From: Octopus vulgaris
Lineage: Eukaryota
Assembly (NCBI GenBank): GCA_951406725.2
Contig: OX597837.1
Coordinates: 25,916,001-25,980,000 of the forward strand
Length of the DNA: 64,000 nucleotides
Reading direction: 5' to 3'
Position 1 is the first letter of the stretch. Each line of letters opens with the position of its first letter. This document shows positions 1 to 12,478 of the stretch, in pieces. A program made the translations under genes and the position numbers. A model generated the notes under the pieces. It did no database searches, was not told the DNA's origin, and saw nothing but the letters and a program-made list of their open reading frames with translations.

Positions 1-175
1 AGCACACTCTGTAAAGTGGTTGGTGTTAGGAAGGGCATCCAGCTATAGAAACCATGCCAAAACAAACAGACACTTGGAGCCTGGACAGCTACTCCAGCTG
101 GCTGGTTCCTGTCAAACTGTCCAACCCATGCCAGCATGGAAAACGGATGTTAAACACTGATGATGATATTGATGA
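1..175 (+). mobile_element. 3' end of abundant RTE-LINE-associated repeat (family C), (TGA)n tail
   Basis: gttaggaagggcatccagct...aacccatgccagcatggaaaacggatgttaaa followed by tgatgatgat; same motif as 60670-60840. Confidence 0.75.
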
Positions 176-325
176 GCGCACATAATGTATTGTATCTTAA
201 TAACAATATCTTCTACACATGACATTACATACGTAAAGTCGTATCAAAATATCACATTATACACAGTAAGATGTATAATGTTACATACACAGTAACATAC
301 ACACACACACACACACACACATTCT

Positions 326-485
326 TCTCTTTTACTTGTTTTAGTCATTTGACTGCGGCCATGCTGGAGCACCGCCTTTAGTCGAGCAAATCGACCCCAG
401 GACTTATACTTTGTAAACCTAGTACTTGTTCTATCAGTGTCTTTTGCCAAACCGCTAAGTTACAGGGACAAACACAGACACACAA

Positions 486-520
<35 letters not shown>

Positions 521-691
521 CACATATACATATATACGACGGGCTTCTTTCAGTTTCCGTCTACCAAATCCACTCACAAGGCTTTGGTAGGCCCGAGGCT
601 TTAGTAAAAGACACTTGCCCAAGGTGCCACACAGTGGGACTGAACCCGGAACTGTGTGGTTGGTAAGCAAGCTATTTACCACACAGCCACT
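326..691 (-). mobile_element. tRNA-derived SINE family A
   Basis: Reverse complement has A-box TGGCTGTGTGG, B-box GGTTCAGTCCC, internal (TA)/(TG) microsatellite and GAAACAAGTAAAAGAG-type tail; over 20 copies in window. Confidence 0.85.
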
Positions 692-1033
692 GCACATTAT
701 ATACATAGTAACACATATGACGTGACATAGATACAGTGCCCCAGGGTTGACCTGAATCTGTGGTGACTAAAACAGGTCAAAAGAACAGTATGATATGATG
801 GTAATATATATGTATCTACATTGGAACACTATGTTGTTCACAGCATGCATTGTACAGGATATTACATAACACGCATGTTTGCTGTATAAGATAAATATTT
901 CTTCTCTCTGTCACCATGGCGACTCGTAAAATTCTATGCTGACTGTTAGTTTTGTTGTTGTTGTTTAAACCTCAGATCAACTCTGTCTGAGCAAGCCTAT
1001 GAACCGAGACTGTTAGACAATGACTGCCCTGTA

Positions 1034-1452
1034 TCATCATCATCATCATCATCATCGTTTAGCATCCACTTTCCATGCTAGCATGGGTTGGACGATTCAA
1101 CTGGGGTCTGTGAAGCCAGAAGGCTTCATCAGGACCAGTCAGATCTGGCAGTGTTTCTACGGCTAGATGCCCTTCCTAACGCCAACCACTCCGTGAGTGT
1201 AGTGGGTGCTTTTTACGTGCCACCCGCACAGGTGCCAGACAGAGCTGGCAAACGGCCACGAACGGATGGTGCTTTATATGTGCCACCGGCACGGGGGCCA
1301 GGCGAGGCTGGCAACGGACACGAACGGATGGTGCTTTTTACGTGCCACCGGCACGAGGCCAGTCGGGGCGGCGCTGGCAACCGACACTGGTAACACATCT
1401 GCAATTTCCATTAATCGATTTCAATTCTGATCCTCACTTGCCTCAACAGGTC
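1034..1452 (-). mobile_element. family C repeat (RTE LINE 3' UTR)
   Basis: (CAT)n tail at left, internal repeats ggtgcttttacgtgccacc, ends with cacttgcctcaacaggtc matching 60442-60459 in reverse. Confidence 0.8.
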
Positions 1453-1600
1453 ATAGAAATCCCAATAGAAATCCTTAAAAATCCACCACCAAAAAATAAC
1501 ACCCCACACAAAAACCTCATAAACAAAATATTTCTATATTCAGCCATCAACAATAAAGCAAAACATATATATGTGAAGGTGCATGATTTAGTGGTTAGAG

Positions 1601-2447
1601 CAGTGATTCTCAGCCAGGGTCCATATAAGATCTTTAGGGGTCCATGATTCATCATCAGCAGCATCATCATCATCGTCATTGTTATTTTAACATCCACTCT
1701 TCCATGCTTGCATGAGTTGGACAGAAATTGTTGAAGCATGTTTTCCTCAGCTGGATGTCGGCCCACTAGAAATAGCAACCAAATTCCCCTTAAACTGCAA
1801 CTCTCCCAAAAAGTACATATTGCTCAAAGTAGTCCCTGATATATATAGAAGACCTTGTGGTCACAGCTGGAATATAGTTCTCTCATTGATTAGGCCTAAC
1901 CCAGGGTTAAACAACATCATTATAGAACAATGGTTTTCATCTGAGGTTCATATGGCCCCTAAGGATCCATATAAGATTTGTTGGGGGGATCCACACAAGA
2001 AAATAGTAAATTGGGGATCCACAATAGCATTTTAGGGGTCCCTGAAAAAATTTTCCTTTAGATGTATGTATTGGTATGTATTGCAAGAAACAGCTGGGTT
2101 CCTTTCTCTAATATTTTACATAATTCATCCTACACAGGTTTTTAGACATTGAATGGGTATAGGGGTCCACCAGAATAAGATAGTAATCAAAGGGGTCCAA
2201 AATTTTTAGAATGGTTGAGAACCCCTGCTTTAGATGTATGTATTGTATGTATTGCGAGAAACAACTTGGTTTCTTTCTCTAACATTTTACAGAGTTTAAC
2301 CAACACAAGTTAATGTGTGAAAAACAAATAGGAATTTTGAAAGAAGTTTCTATAAAATTAGTTTTTAAACATCAAAATGGCTATGGGGAATCCACCAGAA
2401 TAAGATAGTAATTGAAGGGGTCCATAGATAATAAATTGTTGAGAACC
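1601..2447. mobile_element. hAT-type MITE fragments (partly duplicated, interrupted)
   Basis: Termini cagtgattctcagcc (1601) and ggttgagaacccctg (about 2212-2226) resemble hAT/Charlie TIRs; internal ggggtcca repeats; second partial copy 2230-2447. Confidence 0.5.
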
Positions 2448-2879
2448 TTTGGGTGAGAGAATTTGGCTCATGATCGTAAAGTCAGGAGTTTGGTTCCCTG
2501 CAGTGTGGTGTGTCCTTGAGCAAGAGACTTTATTTCCTGTTGCTGCAGTTCACCCAGCTGATAAAAACAAATTGTACTGCCTGCAATTCAAAAGGGCCAG
2601 CCATGTCACATTCAGTGTTATACTGAATCTCATGGAGTACTAAGTTAAAGTTATGTGTGTCTGTGAAGTACTCAGCCACTTTGCATATTAATTTCACAAG
2701 CGGGCTGTTCAGTTGATCAGATCAACTGGGACTTGTCATAACTGACAAAGAGCCAGGCCCTTATATATCAACCAGAGTGGATCTGGGATCACATTATTCA
2801 GTATACTCTTCCTCTTTTTATGATGGTTAGGTGTGAGAGAAACTTTACTGATATTTCTGCTTGGCTGGACAACCATATA

Positions 2880-3131
2880 GATACTTCCTCATTGATTCTT
2901 TTATTTGTTTCAGTCATTTGACTGTGGCCATGCTGGAGCACCGTCTTTAGTCGAACAAATTGATACTTCCTCATTGATTCTTTTATTTGTTTCAGTCATT
3001 TGACTTTGGCCATGCTGGAGCACTGTCTTTAGTCGAACAACTAGGTTACAGGGCTGTAAACACACTAACATCGGTTGTCAAGCAATGGTGGGGGGGGGAC
3101 GGGACAAACAGAGACACACAAACATATACAT

Positions 3132-3188
<57 letters not shown>

Positions 3189-3318
3189 GCTTCTTTCAGT
3201 TTCCATCTACCAAATCCACTCACAAGGTTTTGGTCAGTCCGAGTATAGAGTAGAAGACACTTGCCCAAGATGCTACACAGTGGGACTGAACCTGGAACCA
3301 TGTGGTTGGTAAGCAAGC

Positions 3319-3320
<2 letters not shown>
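2880..3320 (-). mobile_element. SINE family A with 83-bp tandem duplication of its tail
   Basis: gatacttcctcattgattcttttatttgtttcagtc... occurs at 2880 and 2963; head at 3260-3320. Confidence 0.8.
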
Positions 3321-3349
<29 letters not shown>

Positions 3350-4420
3350 GTTATTAGTAGTAGTAGTGGTAGTAATATTAGTATTAGTATCAAGGCAGAG
3401 CTGGCAGAATAGTTAGCATGCTGGGCAAAATGCTTAGCAGCATTTTGTCATTTTGTCTCTTTACAGTCTCTTTACTAATACTAATATTACTATTACTACT
3501 ACTACTTCTACCAAGGTCAAGTTTGCCTTTCATTCTTTCAGGGTCGATAAATTAAGTACCAGTGGCTCACTGGGGTCAATGCAATCGACTAGTCCCTTAC
3601 CCCCCAAATTTCAGGCCTTGTGTCTTTAGTAGAAAACATTATTACTATTATTCTTGTTGCTGTTGTTGGTATCCCAGATTGGTTCTAATCCACATTGCAT
3701 CTCTTCTCTCTAATCCCCCCCCTCTATTTCCATTATGGTTTCATGTCTTTAATGGAAATCCGATTTCACAGCAGACCATTGTTTCTATTTTCACACCATA
3801 CATTTTCTATCATTTATCATTTCTTTCCTTTCTTTTACTTTTGTCATTTCGATATTTCGCTTTAAAAACATAGAAATTCTGATCCTAAGTGATTGCCTCA
3901 TTCTCTGTTGTAGATTCAACCACATATATATATTCAATGTTATAAATAATTTCAGATCTTTTTTCTTTTTTTTTTTTACAGCGCTTGTATCATATCTGCA
4001 ACACCATTCCTTGTTGTTGCAGATTCTTCCATAAATGTATGCGATGTTATAAATAATGTACGAGATTTTACAATGCTTATGTTATATCTACAACACCATT
4101 TCTCGTGATATATGGTTTGTTGTGGATTTTTGAAAGCTTGTCTCTCTGCTAAACATGTGCAGTCAACTACAGAGATAGTCTTGGCTCTGTATCATACTGA
4201 AGAGTATGCAGGATAATATAATATATACATATCACAACATACATAATTATATACACACACCTATATATAAATTTGGGTAACACAGAGGATAGGCAGAGTT
4301 GTTTTTGCCAATAATTGCACATCTGTGCTAATTATTATTATCATTATCATTTATATTATTATTATATAAGGTGGTGAACTGGTAGAATCGTTAGCACGCC
4401 AGGCAAAATGCTTAGTGGCA

Positions 4421-4583
4421 TAGGTGCAGGAGTGGCTGTGTGGTAAGTAGCTTGCTTATGAACCGCATGGTTCCGGGTTCAGTCCCACTGCGTAGCACCA
4501 TGGGCAAGTGTCTTCTACTATAGCCTTGGGCCGACCAAAGACTTGTGAGTAGATTTGGTTGACAGAAACTGAAAGAAGGCCGT

Positions 4584-4638
<55 letters not shown>

Positions 4639-4857
4639 GTATGTGTGTGTATATGTTTGTGTGTCTGTTTTTGTCCCCCCACCATTGCTTGACAACTGAT
4701 ACTGGTGTGTTTACGTCCCCGTAACTCAGTGGTTCGGCAAAAGAGACCATTTGAATAAGTACTAGGCTTACAAAGAATAAGTCCTGGGGTCGATTTGCTT
4801 GACTAAAGGCGGTGCTCCAGCATGGCCACAGTCAAATGACTGAAACAAGTAAAAGAG
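4421..4857 (+). mobile_element. SINE family A, full length
   Basis: aggtgcaggagtggctgtgtggtaag head, (TA)n centre, gactgaaacaagtaaaagag tail. Confidence 0.9.
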
Positions 4858-5302
4858 ATTTCATTATTCTATTTTGTGTATTAAAGTATTTTCTCACACT
4901 TGCCACAAGTCTGCCTCCGAAGCACAATGAATATTCAGCTCAAAGAATGAGCTGGTACAATGAAGAATAGTAAAAGGAACCAACCTCCCCAACATGGAGT
5001 TCATTTTATCCAGAAATGCATGGACAGCTTTTTAGAGATGGTCGAAAAGTATGTATGCGTGGCAATGGAAGCTGTTTTAGAGCTATGTTCTTGCAATGCG
5101 TTGTATAAAAATTAGCAAAAACTGGAGGCAACGGTGAACACCATAGCTGTCCCATCTAACTGCTAATGATGATTATTTTTACCACTGGTAGAAGACGATA
5201 TTTCTGAGAAAAACGTGTAATGAAGTCAAGTCCTTTTATTGATACTGTGCTTGAAGTGGTACTTCTGTGCTGTTGATGTTGAAATAACAACATAAAGTTA
5301 GT

Positions 5303-5418
5303 TTAACCTTTAGCACACAGCATTTTCTCTAGATTTGTCTCCCCTGCCACTTCCCTGTTACTACAAGGGAGAAAACTTATACAGTGACATGATGCACTTA
5401 CAGTGTGTTAAAGGTTAA
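5303..5418. mobile_element. tiny TTAA-flanked MITE (piggyBac-type)
   Basis: ttaa-cctttagcacacag ... cagtgtgttaaagg-ttaa terminal inverted repeats. Confidence 0.55.
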
Positions 5419-5549
5419 AACATGTCATTACTTTAACCATAAATAATGTATTGTCATGGAAAGAAGTAATACAGTTGTAAACTTAATTTATTTCTGATGA
5501 ACAGATTAACTGAATTAAAATGATTTAAGGTATTTCAGTGGATTCTGCA

Positions 5550-5772
5550 TTAACCCTTTAGTGTTCAGATTATTCTATCAAACATAATGCTTATTGATTC
5601 ACATTGATTTGAATTAATCATGCATTATCTCATATCTTCAAGATCTTGATGGTGTAATTACTTAATGTAGAATAACATTGTAGGGTAGGTGTGAGAGCCT
5701 GGACCTGGTCAGTTTGAACATAAAACAGAGCTTTTTGGCCGGATATGGCCGGTTTAAATACTAAAGGGTTAA
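5550..5772. mobile_element. piggyBac-type MITE family P1
   Basis: ttaa-ccctttagtgtt ... aatactaaaggg-ttaa; related interrupted copies near 26911-27348, 27351-27936 and 43106-44212. Confidence 0.7.
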
Positions 5773-6099
5773 GAGAAGAGACTGATTTAGAAAGTGAGGG
5801 AGCAGGCAGAGGAGAGTAAAAAGAGCAGTGGGAAGAGTAGGAAAAAGTGAGAATGGAAAGGGAAAGCAAGAGAGAAAATGGACAGAAGGGGAGAAGTAAA
5901 GAAACAGAAGTGAGTAGAGAAGAGATGGAGAGAAACAGAGAGAGTAAAACAGAGATGTGAAAGCGAGAGGGAGTGAAGGAAAAAGAGAGAAAAAGAGGGG
6001 AGGGTGAGAGGTAATTTATTTATTTATTTTTTATTTATCTAGTTTCAGCTCACAAGCTGTGGCCATGCTGGGGCACCGCCATAAGTGTATAATAAAGGA

Positions 6100-6600
6100 G
6101 ACAGAGTGGGAGAAGTGTGAGAGAGACAGAAGAAAATTAGAGGGAGAGGAAGATAGTGAGAATGCAAGAGAGAAAAAGACGGAGAAGATGAAAAAGAAGA
6201 TGGAGAAGAAGAAGAGGAAGAAGATGAAGAGGATGGAAAGGTAAAGGAGACAAAGGAGAAGGAAAAATGGAAAAGAAAGAGGAGATGGAAGAGAAGAAGA
6301 TATAGAAGAAGAAAATAATATGGTAGTGAGAATGTGAGAGAGAAGACAGAAGAAAGAGAAAAAGATGGAGGACAAGAAGAAGGAAGAAGAAGAAGAGAAA
6401 AGGAGGAGGAGAAGAAGAAGAAGAAGAAGAAGAAGAAGAAGAAGAAAAAAGGAGAAAAAGAAGAAAAAGGAGATGAAGAAGAAGAAGAAGAAGAAGAAGA
6501 AGAAGAAAGAAGAAGAAGAAGAATAAGAAGGAGAAGGAGAAGAAGAAGAAAAAAGGAGATGAAGAAGAAGAAGAAGAAAAAGAAGAAGGAGATGAAGAAA
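6100..6600. repeat. purine-rich (GAA/GGA)n low-complexity tract
   Basis: Directly visible; source of poly-K/E/R and poly-F/S pseudo-ORFs. Confidence 0.9.
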
Positions 6601-6964
6601 ACAATAGATAAGTTTAACTTTTGAATATTAACAAAATACAACTCATCCCTACCCAACCACACACCCACCTCCTGATTCCCCCTGCAAAGAACCCCTCAGA
6701 AAAACAATATAAATTTATAGCGAAAAAAAAAAACGAAAAAACCAAAAAAACCAGGAGGACGAGGAGGAGGAGAGCCTAGGCCTGTTAACCTATTGCTGCT
6801 GCAGTTGTATACTGGAAGCTGGCCAAATAGAAGCAAGTTTTAGCGGTCATTTAGGACAATATGTATAAACACCTCTTTCGAAAGCACTTTATTGAAGTTC
6901 TGCCATCATAGCAAGGATGGGAGAGAAAGTATTACTAGTAACATTACTATCATTATTATTACAA

Positions 6965-6995
<31 letters not shown>

Positions 6996-7033
6996 TACTA
7001 TTATTATCATCATCATTATTATTAATATTATTA

Positions 7034-7064
<31 letters not shown>

Positions 7065-7259
7065 GATTGCTTAGGCACTTCAAAGGAAAGGTAGAGCGGA
7101 GCAAAGCAGGCACAGCCTTCAGTTGGTGAAGTCCCAATGAGGCTACATTAGCTACTTATAGTGTATAATGTATAATGCCAGACAATTTAACGAGAAAGAG
7201 AGTGAGAGGGCAGGGAGCGAGAGGTGGGAAGGGCTTTTGCTAAAATCTTGTAAAAGAAT

Positions 7260-7266
7260 ATGTATA

Positions 7267-7359
<93 letters not shown>

Positions 7360-7387
7360 GTATATGTGTATATATATATATATATAT

Positions 7388-7475
<88 letters not shown>

Positions 7476-7495
7476 GTATATATATATATATGTGT

Positions 7496-7581
<86 letters not shown>

Positions 7582-7675
7582 ATATATATATATACACACA
7601 TATACATATATATATACACATATACATATATATATACACATATATATACACATATACACATATATATACACATAT

Positions 7676-7724
<49 letters not shown>

Positions 7725-7731
7725 CATATAC

Positions 7732-7762
<31 letters not shown>

Positions 7763-7832
7763 TATATATACATGTAAATATATATATATACAAAAAAAAA
7801 AAATATATATATATATATTAGATAGATATATT

Positions 7833-7878
<46 letters not shown>

Positions 7879-7890
7879 TAGATAGATAGA
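7260..7890. repeat. compound (TA)n/(TG)n/(CA)n microsatellite
   Basis: Directly visible. Confidence 0.95.
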
Positions 7891-8373
7891 TGTACACAGT
7901 GAAAGGTTATTAGGCAGGAAAATACTATTAAAAAGATGGAAGACTGGAAGGAAGTAAAAAAATAAATAAAAGCTGAGCATAAACACACCATGGAGAAAAG
8001 AAACAGAAAAAAGAAAGAAAGAAGAAAGGAATTGGGAGGAGGTTCTGGGTGAAGAGAACAGGAGCAGACAGAAAACAATATATATAATTATGATGATGAT
8101 ATGATGATGATGATGATGATGATATATGGGTGTTTGTGTGCATGCATGCATACACATAAACACACATGTATATCAAAAGGTAATATCCCCATTTAAATGT
8201 GGATGTTCTGTTAGAACAGACTATACTGCGATAAGAGCCATGAGAGATACTCTCATATTGGCTCTTCGGTGCAAATTTCACTCCTGTTTATATCGCAAGT
8301 GAGAAGATAAATATCCCCACCACCTCCAGATCACATGGTTTTCACCTTCCTTGGTCTTATCAATGATAGGCAA

Positions 8374-8670
8374 TCATCATCATCATCATCATCGTTTAAC
8401 GTCCGTTTTCCGCGCTAGCACGGGTTGGACTGTTCGACCGGGGTCTGGGAAGCCAGGGGCTGCACCAGGCTGAAGTCTGATCTGGCAGTGTTTCTACAGC
8501 TGGATGCCCTTCCTAACGCCAACCACTCCGCGAGTGTAGTGGGTGTTTTTTATGTGCCAGGAGAGTCTGGAATCGGCCACGATCGGTTGGTGCTTTTAAT
8601 GTGCCAACGGCACGGAAGCCAGCCATGGCGGCGCTGGCATTGGCCACGTTCGGATGGTGCTTTTTATGTG
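8374..8670 (-). mobile_element. family C repeat (RTE LINE 3' UTR)
   Basis: (CAT)n then cgtttaacgtccgttttcc...ggatgcccttcctaacgccaaccactcc. Confidence 0.8.
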
Positions 8671-8702
8671 AGCAGGCCAATATATATATATATATATATA
8701 TA

Positions 8703-9090
8703 GTTAAAAATCTGCTGGATCTCACTCATAAGGGAATCTTACATTGCTTATAGACTCTATATTTGAAAGGACTCATTTTAAACTCTGCTGGACTTTTGGA
8801 CTTTACTCATAGGATATTGGAATATTGCATATATACCCTTATGCCAAAAAAGTGGATTTACAACTTCAATACCCATACATATCTTGCATCTATTTTCTTT
8901 CCTCCACCCCACTCTCTATTTTGTATCACATCTAAACTAATTGTGACTTAACTTTCCTCTCACACCGTCTCCAATGAAGGGATATAATTAATTAATATTC
9001 TAAAAAAAGCTGTAAGACCTTCTATCTATAAATGCTCTAATATCTATACAGCCTTCGTTTTTTTATCTTATTATGCAAAAAATTCTTATA
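8703..9090 (+). mobile_element. Penelope-like element 3' fragment with decayed hammerhead
   Basis: RESYIAYRL at 8731 resembles the C-terminal GIY-YIG helix; gtct-ccaatga-agggata...-aaaaaagctgta-agac at 8967-9018 is a mutated HHR; flanked by (TA)n. Confidence 0.5.
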
Positions 9091-9096
9091 TATATA

Positions 9097-9352
9097 TTTC
9101 TTTACTACCCACAAGGGGCTAAACACAGAGGGGACAAACAAATGGATTAAGTCGATTACATCGACCCCAGTGCATAACTGGTACCTAATTTATCGACCCT
9201 GAAAGGATGAAAGGCAAAGTTGACCTCAGTGCATAACTGGTACCTAATTTATCGACCCTGAAAGGATGAAAGGCAAAGTTGACCTCAGTGGAATTTGAAC
9301 TCGGAACGTAACGGCAGACGAAATATGGCTACGTATTTCGCCAGGTGTGCTA
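9097..9352 (-). mobile_element. SINE family B with internal 59-bp tandem duplication
   Basis: gaaaggatgaaaggcaaagt core present twice. Confidence 0.8.
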
Positions 9353-9762
9353 ATCTTATATATATACATATACACACACACACAACGAAGATTAATAAAG
9401 GTATATTAAGTAACATACAAAATCAGTTCTTGATTTATACAAGTAATCTTTGCTCCTAAAGAAGTTAAACCAATTGTTTGGTGCCAATCGGTACCAATTC
9501 CAAATAAGGGGAAATAATTGCAAGAACCAAGAAATCTCTAAAACTGACTTGCCATTAAAGAGAATATGATGTGATTGTCAGGAAGCAAGAGAGCAGCAGT
9601 GGACACATGTTTCTGCCTCAACAGGTATCAACAGCACAGCAGTCCAAGCGTATCTTCTGCAGATGTGACACTTAGACATATACAAAATAGAGCAGGACAT
9701 ATTTATGACCAAGGAAATTTGCATAAATGAAATGAAAATAAGCTAAGGGTATTAACTCAGAA

Positions 9763-9993
9763 AGGCAGCGAGCTGGCAGAAACGTTAGCATGCCGGGCGA
9801 GATGCTTAGCGGTATTTCGTCTGTGTTACGTTGTGAGTTCAAATTCCGCCGAGGACGACTTTGCCTTTCATCCTTTCGGGGTCGATAAATTAAGTACCAG
9901 TTACGCACTGGGGTCAATATAATCGACTTAATACCTATGTCTGTCCTTGTTTGTCCCATCTGTGTTTAGCCCCTTGTGGGTAGTAAAGAAATA
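9763..9993 (+). mobile_element. SINE family B, full length with 15-bp TSD
   Basis: TSD ggtattaactcagaa at 9748-9762 and 9994-10008; head ggcagcgagctggcagaaacgttag, B-box gagttcaaattcc, core gcctttcatcctttcggggtcgataaattaagtaccag. Confidence 0.9.
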
Positions 9994-10596
9994 GGTATTA
10001 ACTCAGAATGCTAAGTGGCATTTAGCTGAACATCAAAGAGAAATAAGTGTATATTTTATTGAGATGCAAGGTAAGATTTTGATTTCTTGAAGTTTTCTTT
10101 GCTTCAATAGAAGTTAGACTAGTAGTTTGGTGCCAGCTGGTACCAACTCCAAAATGGAGAGTAGAGATAAACATAGGAACCAAGAATTGTGTGAAACTAA
10201 CGTGGCATTAAAGGAAACAGAGTGTAATTGTCTGGAGACTCACACCCACCCTGGGAATTAACTGGAGTTAAGAAAATAACACCCAAGACTATAAAACAGA
10301 ATATTCTTTACTTACCAAAAAGGTTGATGTAAAGTAAATGTAAAATTGTGCCAGGTAAGAATTAGAGCATTTTTTTTCATTTATCTAGTTTCAGCTCACG
10401 AGCTGTGGCCATGCTGGGGCACCGCCATAATTGTTTGAAGATTGCTGCTAAGTGGGAGGTAACAACAACAACAACAACAAAATGGATATATAAATAGAAG
10501 TCAAAGAAATAAATAATCAATAAATAAATGGAAACCCCAAGAATGGGGCAGTCCACTTAGAGTAATTTGGGTTAAACCCCATGCAAAAGACCTGCA

Positions 10597-11735
10597 TTAC
10601 TCTGCTATCCATCATCATCATCATTGTTCGACCGTGGTCGAGACAATGGAATTTACTATGTTACGTCAGACTTCGCGGTCCATCATAGCATTACGGAGGT
10701 CCTGTTGATGGATGCATATATCCCTGGAGATTACATCAGGGTAGGAGAGTGTGCGCCCTCTGGTATCATGAGCAGATGGCTTCCAGAGGAGAAGAGTAGA
10801 AATTACCTCGTTTTCAGCTCTCCTACAACGTCCAGCAAACTGGACTCTTCTACCTTTCACAAGAGATGATACAGGTGGTAGTTACTCTGCTATCCATCAT
10901 CATCATCATTGTTTGACCGTGGTCGAGACAATGGAATTTACTATGTTACGTCAGACTTCCCAGTTCATCATAGCATTACGGAGGTCTTGTTGCTGGATGC
11001 CTGTATCCCTGGAGATTACATCAGGGTAGGAGAGTGTGCAACTTCTGGTATCATGAGCAGATGGCTTCCAGAGGAGAAGAGTAGAAATTACCTCGTTTTC
11101 AGCTCTACAACAATGTCCAGCAAACTGGACTCTTCTACCTTTCACAAGAGATGATACAGGTGGTAGTTACTCTGCTATCCATCATCATCATCATTGTTTG
11201 ACCGTGGTCGAGACTATGTTACGTCAGACTTCGCGGTCCATCATAGCATTACAGAGGTCTTGTTGCTGGATGCCTGTATCCCTGGAGATTACATCAGGGT
11301 AGGAGAGTATGCAACTTCTGGTATCATGAGCAGATGGCTTCCAGAGAAGAGTAGAAATTACCTCGTTTTCAGCTCTACAACAATGTCCAGCAAACTGGAC
11401 TCTTCTACCTTTCACAAGAGATGATATAGGTGGTAGTTACTCTGCTATCATCATCATCATTGTTCGAACGTGGTCAAGACAATGGAATTTACTATGTTAC
11501 GTCAGACTTCGCGGTCCATCATAGCATTACGGAGGTCTTGTTGCTGGATGCCTGTATTCCTGGAGATTACATCAGGGTAGGAGAGTGTGCAACTTCTGGT
11601 ATCATGAGTAGATGGCTTCCAGAGGAGAAGAGTAGAAATTACCACGTTTTCAGCTCTACAACAATGTCCAGCAAACTGGACTCTTCTACCTTTCACAAGA
11701 GATGATACAGGTGGTAGTTTCCCAAACTGCTATCC
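10597..11735 (-). repeat. 4-copy tandem array (285/285/270/~283 bp) of an RTE-like LINE 3' end
   Basis: Units start at 10597, 10882, 11167, 11437; minus strand reads LPPVSSLVKGRRVQFAGHCCRAENEVISTLLLWKP...DLRNAMMDREV followed by (TGA)n tail. Confidence 0.85.
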
Positions 11736-12057
11736 CCAAGGCATGGGAAGTGTCACCTTCTGGTTTCTTTCCTCCTACTAAGAAAAGTGTACTCATGGTA
11801 GATCCACCCATCACCTCACCACTTTCTAAAAGCTACAAACTCTCAATGTTTCACTTTTAGCTTTTTGGAAAGTGGGGAAGTGTCTTCAGAAATAATGTCA
11901 TTTACCTGTTGTTTCTAGCATGTCAGGTTTTCTGGTGGTGCACTATTTTTTGCATATGTTATTTCAGTACTACTCTACGCATGCTTGAAACATTGGGTGT
12001 TTTTAGCTTTTTGAAAGTGGGTAGGTGATGGGTGGGTGAGGTGGGGGAAGGAGCATT

Positions 12058-12276
12058 ACTCTCTCTTTTACCTACTTACTTGTTTCAGTCATTTGACTGT
12101 GGCCATGCTGGAGCACCGCCTTTAGTCGAGCAAATCAACCCCAGGACTAATTCTTTGTAAGCCTAGTATTTATTCTATCGGTCTCTTTTGCCGAACTGCT
12201 AAGTTATGGAGATGTAAACGCATCAGCATCGGTTGTCAAGCGATGTTAGAGGAGACAAACATACACACACACGTAC

Positions 12277-12317
<41 letters not shown>

Positions 12318-12478
12318 TACGATGGGCTTCTTTCAGTTTCCGTCTATCAAATTCAAGGCTTTGGTCGGCCTGAGGCTTTAGTAGAAGACACTTGCCCAAG
12401 GTGCCACACAGTGGGACTGAACCCGGAACCATGTGGTTGGTAAGCAAGCTACTTACCACACAGCCACTCCTATGCCTA
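12058..12478 (-). mobile_element. SINE family A
   Basis: Full head-to-tail match to other copies. Confidence 0.9.

Noticed and set aside
4860-5290. Possible transposase C-terminal remnant (RRQTCGKCEK on minus strand)
   Set aside because: Multiple stops and no catalytic motif recognisable; too weak to call
7152-7897. Long 200+ aa ORFs (YI/CV repeats), also at 12932-13600, 35888-36400, 50536-51173, 53327-53858, 59371-60045, 62002-62531
   Set aside because: They are translations of di- and trinucleotide microsatellites, with no protein complexity or splice context
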